From Verrucomicrobiota bacterium (GTDB taxonomy: Bacteria; Verrucomicrobiota; Verrucomicrobiia; Limisphaerales; SIBE01): a stretch of DNA of 64,000 nt. This document shows, in pieces, positions 58,646-64,000 of the stretch; the stretch's first letter is position 1; every line of letters starts with the position of its first letter. The stretch covers positions 3,707-67,706 of the forward strand of contig JAIPJX010000001.1 of the NCBI GenBank assembly GCA_021733945.1, in the 5' to 3' direction. Under the pieces are notes generated by a model. The model ran no database searches and was not told where the DNA came from. It saw only the letters and a program-made list of their open reading frames with translations. Made by a program: the position numbers and the translations under genes.

Positions 58646-59569
58646 CTACAAACTCAGATGCCCGAGGGCGAGCAATCCGTAGAACGTATATTCGCAGTCG
58701 ACGGAGTCATCGGTCCAGTTCCCATGAAACGCGCCCTGATTGGTCCACAGGGTATCCACGAAATCCAGGCACGCCTCCTTGACGGGTCCAAGATCGTATT
58801 CCAAACCAGACAACGCATGCAGCCCCGTCGCTGTGGAAAGCAGATCCGGCACCGGTGCCGTCGGGGTCGCCAGAAAACCGCCCTGGGAATGGAGCCGCGC
58901 GACCAACCAGTCTCCCACGGCTGGATTGAGGGGGATTCCAAGGTAACGCAGCACAGTAACGGCTGCCGCGGTGGCATTGGTCGAACCAACCCGCTCGCCG
59001 GGATCGTTTTCCGGCGTGTTGGAGAATCGTTCGTTTCGCCATGCGCCATCGGTCGTCTCAAGCAGCTTGAGGGACTGTACCAACCGCAGGGGTTCGGGCA
59101 AAGACACGCCGAGGTCGAGATGGGCACCCAGAGCGAGAAACCCGGCATAAGCGGTTCCGGATGCGTTGCCCGGCTTCACATGATACCCTCCGTCCATGCT
59201 CCGAAATCGTTCGACACGCTGCAGGATTTGCTGCACGAACGGGCATCTCCCGTCGGGTCCGGGGAACCATTCGCGGATCCCCGCCCAACAACGAGCCAGG
59301 CAGCAGAGGTGTACCAAATCAAGCTCCGCACCCGCGCCGTGGGATAATACAAATTCACGGACCAGCCGGGGTGGGGAATCGACCTGAAGCGCCCGCAAGG
59401 CGTCCAATCCAAAAACCGTGTAATACAAATCGCTGCCCCCTGCCCGATCCCGAAATCCACCATCCGGATTCTGTTGTTTCTCGAGAAACTCCCGGACCAA
59501 CTCAGCGGAATCCCCAAGCATCCTGGGTGCCAGCCGGGCGACCTGGAGCATCTCAAGACGGAGACTCAT
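58646..59569 (-). CDS. Prenyltransferase / squalene-oxidase-repeat (alpha/alpha-toroid) protein
   Basis: Repeated Q-x-x-DGGF/DGGY/DGAW/QGGF/QGAF motifs, each followed by aromatic-rich helices (NPDGGFRDRAGGSDLYYTVFGLDAL, MDGGYHVKPGNASGTAYAGF, SQGGFLATP). Confidence 0.75.
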   Translation of the reverse strand: MSLRLEMLQVARLAPRMLGDSAELVREFLEKQQNPDGGFRDRAGGSDLYYTVFGLDALRALQVDSPPRLVREFVLSHGAGAELDLVHLCCLARCWAGIREWFPGPDGRCPFVQQILQRVERFRSMDGGYHVKPGNASGTAYAGFLALGAHLDLGVSLPEPLRLVQSLKLLETTDGAWRNERFSNTPENDPGERVGSTNATAAAVTVLRYLGIPLNPAVGDWLVARLHSQGGFLATPTAPVPDLLSTATGLHALSGLEYDLGPVKEACLDFVDTLWTNQGAFHGNWTDDSVDCEYTFYGLLALGHLSL

Positions 59570-59676
59570 TCTGTTCGGTTCAATCGAGGGACAAATGCGG
59601 CCGCGTTGAGGGCCCAGCCGGAATGCACGGCGGCACCAGTTCCAAGACCAGCGATTCGAGGGCCCTCACCTTCCCG

Positions 59677-61410
59677 CTAAGCCGGTACCGGAGCTTCTTC
59701 GACCTCCTGAATCAGAGTGTTTTTATCCTCGAATTCCTTGCACCAACCCTTGATCTCGGTGTCGTTGAAAATCTTGCCCACCACACGCCGCAGAAGGCCC
59801 TTCAAGTTCGGGTTTTCCAAATCTCGCAGACACCGAACCGTCTCCTCCTTGTACGTTTCGAGCAGGGTCCGGGCACGGTCCCCGACCTCAAGCTCGCCGT
59901 ACATTTTCTCAATTTGATCGGGACGGAATGTGGAGTCGGTTTGCCGGTTCCAAATGGCCGCCAACTGTTCCTTCTGTACACCGGTGGCGCGCTCGTGTGC
60001 AATCGCCAGCAGCAAGCTCGGGCGCATGCCCCGGATGTCATCGGTCTCCCCGGCACTCCCCATGTCGCTGAGATCATCGCGAATCTGATAAGCGATCCCC
60101 AACGCCTCGCTGTAGCCCTGAAGCACATCGCTGACTTCCGCATGCTTTTCGATGCCCGAATAAAGCGCCCCAAGCTGAAGCGCCACCTCAAAGGCCGGCG
60201 CCGTCTTTTTGCGGAAAATCTCAAGCACCTCCAGGCTCGTCAAAACCTTCGGTTTCCGGCTCCAGCAAAGTTCAGCCCCCTGGCCGCGACAAAGCTGCCG
60301 TTGCCCTTCGGATGCCACCCGCATCATCTCCACCCGTTGTTCCGCGGAGACGCGGCAGGAACTCAGCAGGCGGTAGCCCTCCCCGATCAGCAGATCTCCG
60401 ACGTTCAACGCCACGGCCACGCCGTATTCTTCGTGCAGCGTTTTTTCGCCATACCGCATGGAGTCGTTGTCCTCGATGTCATCGTGAATCAAGGAAGCCT
60501 TGTGAAAACATTCCACGGCCACGGCGATTTTCCGCACATCCTCCGGCAGGGGTTGTCCGGGTGTCTCGCGCAGGGCCTGAAACGCGGATACCGCCAGAAA
60601 CGGGCGCCATCGTTTTCCGGCCCGGGCCAGCCATTGACGACCAATGGTCTCGGTCTCCCCTTCGCAGGTGCCCATCACCAGATCCAGCGAGGCCGGGGTA
60701 AACCAGAAATCCACTTCGTCCCGCAGCGCCGCCAGATCCAGCCGGCGCGTTTTGTCGTCGCTGGTTAAATGGATATAATCCCAGACCCAGTCCAGATCCA
60801 CCGTTGTATCGATGCAATCATCCTGAAGCAGGGGAACCGCCACTCCGGGCACCGCCGCGGCTTCCATGTAGGGGAATGCCCTCTCGAGCACGCTGATGCA
60901 GCTCACCCCCACGATGGCTTCGATCTTTCCGGTCTGGATCAGGGACATGACGATCGCCGAACCTTCCGCCACGAGCACGGCGTATCCGAGCCGTTCGGCT
61001 TCCGCCTGCAAATCCTGAATCGAACACAGACCACATTGCTTGCAGAGCAAGCCGAATTCATCAAAGGGTGCCGGGCATTTGTTTTCGATGCGCAGGCATT
61101 TGGGCAGCAGGAGCAGCCGGCGTTCAAACGGGACGGCCGCCACGGTTTCACGCCAGATTTCGTTGTTGATCAGGACTCCGACGTAGTCGCGGTAAACCGG
61201 ATCGCACTTGAGCATCTCCATGACCCGATCGGCATGCACCTTCAGATCATCCAACGGAAGCGGAGGGACCGGATTGTATTCGGCCACGTAGTTCCGGATG
61301 AACTGCAGAATGCGCGTCCGCTCTTCCGGCGTCTGCGGGATGTTCTTTTTCGGTGCGCGAATCCGTTGCGTGGCAGCCAGGCGGGGAAGTGTCAGTATGG
61401 ATGTCTGCAT
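59677..61410 (-). CDS. Fusion: N-terminal Cys-rich DUF116-like domain + C-terminal trans-polyprenyl diphosphate synthase
   Basis: N-terminal half: RRLLLLPKCLRIENKCPAPFDEFGLLCKQCGLCSIQDL. C-terminal half has both Asp-rich motifs (LIHDDIEDND and YQIRDDLSD) and KRWRP. Confidence 0.85.
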   Translation of the reverse strand: MQTSILTLPRLAATQRIRAPKKNIPQTPEERTRILQFIRNYVAEYNPVPPLPLDDLKVHADRVMEMLKCDPVYRDYVGVLINNEIWRETVAAVPFERRLLLLPKCLRIENKCPAPFDEFGLLCKQCGLCSIQDLQAEAERLGYAVLVAEGSAIVMSLIQTGKIEAIVGVSCISVLERAFPYMEAAAVPGVAVPLLQDDCIDTTVDLDWVWDYIHLTSDDKTRRLDLAALRDEVDFWFTPASLDLVMGTCEGETETIGRQWLARAGKRWRPFLAVSAFQALRETPGQPLPEDVRKIAVAVECFHKASLIHDDIEDNDSMRYGEKTLHEEYGVAVALNVGDLLIGEGYRLLSSCRVSAEQRVEMMRVASEGQRQLCRGQGAELCWSRKPKVLTSLEVLEIFRKKTAPAFEVALQLGALYSGIEKHAEVSDVLQGYSEALGIAYQIRDDLSDMGSAGETDDIRGMRPSLLLAIAHERATGVQKEQLAAIWNRQTDSTFRPDQIEKMYGELEVGDRARTLLETYKEETVRCLRDLENPNLKGLLRRVVGKIFNDTEIKGWCKEFEDKNTLIQEVEEAPVPA

Positions 61411-61441
61411 AGATCAGCTCTTCGTACGTTCAAAAGTTACT

Positions 61442-62740
61442 TCACGTCAGGACCGGATTTTCGCGAGCGGCATTATCCGCGACCGGTCGGGCCGGGTCGA
61501 GACTTGTTTTCAGCACCCGGGACCGGGCGGCAACATCGTGACCAGCACCCTGGTAAGCCCCAAAATCGCTGAACCAAAACTTCTTGGCCAGCCAGTACAA
61601 CCAACTCTGTTCCGGGATTTCCTCGCCCGGCAACCACTGGCTGAATCGGGGCGTCATCGCTTCGAGTTCCGCAATGGCCGTCTGCCGGATCGTGGTGTCC
61701 TTCGCCCCGTGTTTGCGGACGAGGTCCTTGACGAGATCCGGCCGCTCCATCACCACACACCCCCGGGTGGCCTGGGCGGAAAGCGTGCGGAAATCGCGCA
61801 GGAATTCCGAGTCCCGCATCGTGCGAAAAATCCCCCGTTCATCGTGAATGCTCTCGGCGGCAAATTGAATGATCGGGCAGGGCTCGATGGCCCCTTTCGG
61901 GCTGATGTGATGGCTGATGCCGGTGGACATCGGGCAAAGCGCCCGGCCTTCGTGGTCGTAATAGGCATCAACGATGCCGATGGGCATCTTGACCCGCATC
62001 TCGACGATGAAGCGGCGCACGCGCACCAGTTGCGCGGGGGTCAAGGCCAGCTCCTGATTCATCTTCGGTCCGACAGGCCGATAGGTGTGAAACCAGACAT
62101 AGTGCGCCCCAAAATCAATCAGCTCCCGGATCCAGGCCTCCGTCAGCAGATCATCGATATTCGACTGGCAGACGCTCGTGGCCACCCCGGTGAGCACCCC
62201 GGCGTGCAGGCAATTCTGCAAGCCTCGCATCGTTTTGCCGAATACATCCTTCCGGCCCCGCCGTTCGTCACTCACAATCTCCCGGCCCTCGATGCTCACC
62301 AGCGGTGTGACGTTGCCGAACCGACGCATGCCCTCGGCAATCTCTTCCGTGATGAACTGCCCATTGGTGAACACCTGGAAATAACAGTCCGGATGCGCTC
62401 CCAGGAGCGTCATCAGGTCCGGGTGCATAAAAGGTTCCCCACCCAGAATTCCAAAAAAGGTATTCCCGTGCGCCCTGGCCTCGGAGATCAACCGGTTGAG
62501 TGCCTCCAGATCGATGCTTTCGCGCGGGGATTCCACGTCCACCCAGCAGCCCTGGCAACGCAGGTTGCAGCTGTTGATGAGCGAGATGTAGAGGAAGGCG
62601 GGAAAATACTCGCCCCGCTGCGCCCGGCGTTTGAACCGTTCCACCGAGAGCGCTCCCTTGACCCCGAAGTTCCAGGCGAACTTCGCCAGGCACCGGGTGT
62701 CGGCGGTGCGCAGAATGCGGGATGCGAGTTTTAAAAGCAT
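61442..62740 (-). CDS. Radical SAM enzyme (HpnH-like architecture, substrate unknown)
   Basis: SLINSCNLRCQGCW gives CxxxCxxC, followed by GILGGEPF. The C-terminal extension carries further conserved Cys (EGRALCPM, EPCPIIQF, TRGCVVM). Start at MLLKLASRIL. Confidence 0.88.
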   Translation of the reverse strand: MLLKLASRILRTADTRCLAKFAWNFGVKGALSVERFKRRAQRGEYFPAFLYISLINSCNLRCQGCWVDVESPRESIDLEALNRLISEARAHGNTFFGILGGEPFMHPDLMTLLGAHPDCYFQVFTNGQFITEEIAEGMRRFGNVTPLVSIEGREIVSDERRGRKDVFGKTMRGLQNCLHAGVLTGVATSVCQSNIDDLLTEAWIRELIDFGAHYVWFHTYRPVGPKMNQELALTPAQLVRVRRFIVEMRVKMPIGIVDAYYDHEGRALCPMSTGISHHISPKGAIEPCPIIQFAAESIHDERGIFRTMRDSEFLRDFRTLSAQATRGCVVMERPDLVKDLVRKHGAKDTTIRQTAIAELEAMTPRFSQWLPGEEIPEQSWLYWLAKKFWFSDFGAYQGAGHDVAARSRVLKTSLDPARPVADNAARENPVLT

Positions 62741-62754
62741 GCCTGGAGATCCTT

Positions 62755-63606
62755 CTACGGCTGGTTCCGGATCGCCGCTTCGGCCTTGGCTTTGGCTTCC
62801 TGCGCCCGCCGTTGGATCTCCTCCGGGGAAGGCAGCGACATGAGGACCTCCGGCGGGATGTCCCCGGCCTGCGCCAGTTTCACCAGGCATTTCTGGCGTT
62901 CCGTCAGCGCCTTGTCCGCATCCCGTTCCTTTGAAAAACGCGAGCGCGCCTTGTCGCTGCGATCCCGCAGCATCTGGTAAACATCCCCGCCCAGCAGGGA
63001 TGAAATGTCGACCTTCATTTTCTCGCGCTGCAGATCCGCATCGCTCACGACATCCCCGTTGATCGGGCCGCTCCGGTATTTCGGGAACATGATCGCCGCC
63101 TCGGGACAGACACGCGAACAGGCCGGGCAGTTGGTCTTGCAGTTGTCATTGTTCTGCACCTGAATGTGCTGCCCGGAATCAACGCCATACACCCCAAACA
63201 AACAGAAACTCAGGCATTGCATGCAGTTGGTGCATCGATCGTAGTCGATCACCGGAAACCACGGCTTCCAATCCCCCGGTTTCACCGCCTTCTGCTCGGC
63301 GCGCACATTCTCGACCATTTCCACAATCCGGCTGGTCCCGCACCCGTCGATGTCTTCAAACCGAATGTCCACCTCGTTCTGCGCATCGACCGCGACCGGC
63401 GGTCGCCCTCCGTCGAACCGGCCCAGAACCAGCAATGAACTGCGGTCCGCAGCGGGCAGACTGCCGTCCGGGACGGCGCGTGTGACGGCAAAGCCCTGAT
63501 CCAACAACGCGCTCATCGCGTCGTAACGTTGCTGTGGCTCCAGGGGCTGGGCCCCGGTGCCTTCGTAAAGAACCACTCGAAGTGCGGTTTGATCGTTTAA
63601 ACTCAT
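62755..63606 (-). CDS. 2x[4Fe-4S] ferredoxin-domain protein with N-terminal unknown domain and charged C-terminal tail
   Basis: IDYDRCTNCMQCLSFCLFGVY and NCKTNCPACSRVCPEAAI. The Lys/Glu/Arg-rich tail reads EEIQRRAQEAKAKAEAAIRNQP. Its ATGA overlaps the upstream gene. Confidence 0.8.
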   Translation of the reverse strand: MSLNDQTALRVVLYEGTGAQPLEPQQRYDAMSALLDQGFAVTRAVPDGSLPAADRSSLLVLGRFDGGRPPVAVDAQNEVDIRFEDIDGCGTSRIVEMVENVRAEQKAVKPGDWKPWFPVIDYDRCTNCMQCLSFCLFGVYGVDSGQHIQVQNNDNCKTNCPACSRVCPEAAIMFPKYRSGPINGDVVSDADLQREKMKVDISSLLGGDVYQMLRDRSDKARSRFSKERDADKALTERQKCLVKLAQAGDIPPEVLMSLPSPEEIQRRAQEAKAKAEAAIRNQP

Positions 63607-63998
63607 GATGCGGGCAGTTCGGATGGCGCGGGTCGGGTCTCTTTGCCGCGTGGCAGGTTGGGCTCCAATCCGGGGGACAGGGCGGCAGCCAGGACTTCCT
63701 GGGCCGATTGAACGCGCATGTTCAGCACCTGGGTGGAATCGCACGGCAGCGGAGCATCCGCCGCGGAAAACAACCATTTCACCGCACGCGGAAAGCAGGC
63801 CGCAATCTTCACGGCCCCGCCTTCGGCCAGGCGTTTCAGGGCGGGATCGCGTCGGGCGGACATCTCACAGAGATCCGCCACCGCTTCAAAACCGATGTCC
63901 GATTGCGCCAATTCCCTGAGAACCGCCTCTTTGACGGGCTTGGGAACCACCTGGGCGTAGGTGCAGTTGCAGTACAAAATGCGTGTCTTGTCGCTCAT
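63603..63998 (-). CDS. Small Cys-containing protein of unknown function (131 aa)
   Basis: ATG at 63998, 2 nt from the window edge. ILYCNCTYAQVVP motif plus further Cys (DLCEMS, IAACFP, LPCDS). Translationally coupled to the ferredoxin gene. Confidence 0.55.
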   Translation of the reverse strand: MSDKTRILYCNCTYAQVVPKPVKEAVLRELAQSDIGFEAVADLCEMSARRDPALKRLAEGGAVKIAACFPRAVKWLFSAADAPLPCDSTQVLNMRVQSAQEVLAAALSPGLEPNLPRGKETRPAPSELPAS

Positions 63999-64000
63999 CT

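Overview
GC-rich chromosomal segment with about 45 supportable CDS. I recognised no rRNA, tRNA, CRISPR array, transposase or integrase. The gene content suggests the PVC superphylum, most likely Verrucomicrobiota; this is inferred from protein families, not from a search. The supporting families are three prepilin-type H-X9-DG proteins, several PQQ-like beta-propellers, a CRTAC1/ASPIC FG-GAP protein, giant FN3/PA14/Ig/LamG surface proteins and an ECF sigma triad. Layout, left to right: (1) 254-5996, a cNMP-binding / degenerate sigma-54-type AAA+ / NapH-like polyferredoxin fusion, divergent from a secreted decaheme cytochrome. (2) 6142-9677, sulfate assimilation cysH-cysD-cysNC. (3) 9878-20781, mostly housekeeping and periplasmic genes: SGNH hydrolase, ThuA, Gfo/Idh/MocA, YceI, bioA, pseudopilin-like proteins, HD, DUF423, M50 protease, eno. 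(4) 20814-22079, remnants of a metal-uptake locus. (5) 22370-29528, three PQQ-like propellers, a short PaaK-like adenylating enzyme and a divergent MarR. (6) 29658-37116, a cNMP-histidine kinase, mutL and a DevA/C/B-like ABC exporter. (7) 37485-56533, an ECF sigma operon and a surface-protein island: a 4x tandem-repeat protein, a double CRTAC1 protein, two tandem giant paralogs and a pseudopilin. (8) 58646-64000, a same-strand cluster of small Cys protein, ferredoxin, radical SAM enzyme, DUF116-polyprenyl synthase fusion and alpha/alpha-toroid prenyltransferase-like protein that runs off the right edge. The best candidates for an undescribed system are the radical-SAM/isoprenoid cluster, the cNMP/AAA+/polyferredoxin fusion next to the decaheme cytochrome, and the new 178-aa tandem-repeat module together with a C-terminal motif shared by three giant secreted proteins. 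Intergenic DNA carries three small repeat families: a hairpin-cored element, a ~125-bp MITE-like element with terminal inverted repeats, and a 36-nt nested palindrome. All functional calls come from motif recognition by eye; no database search was run.
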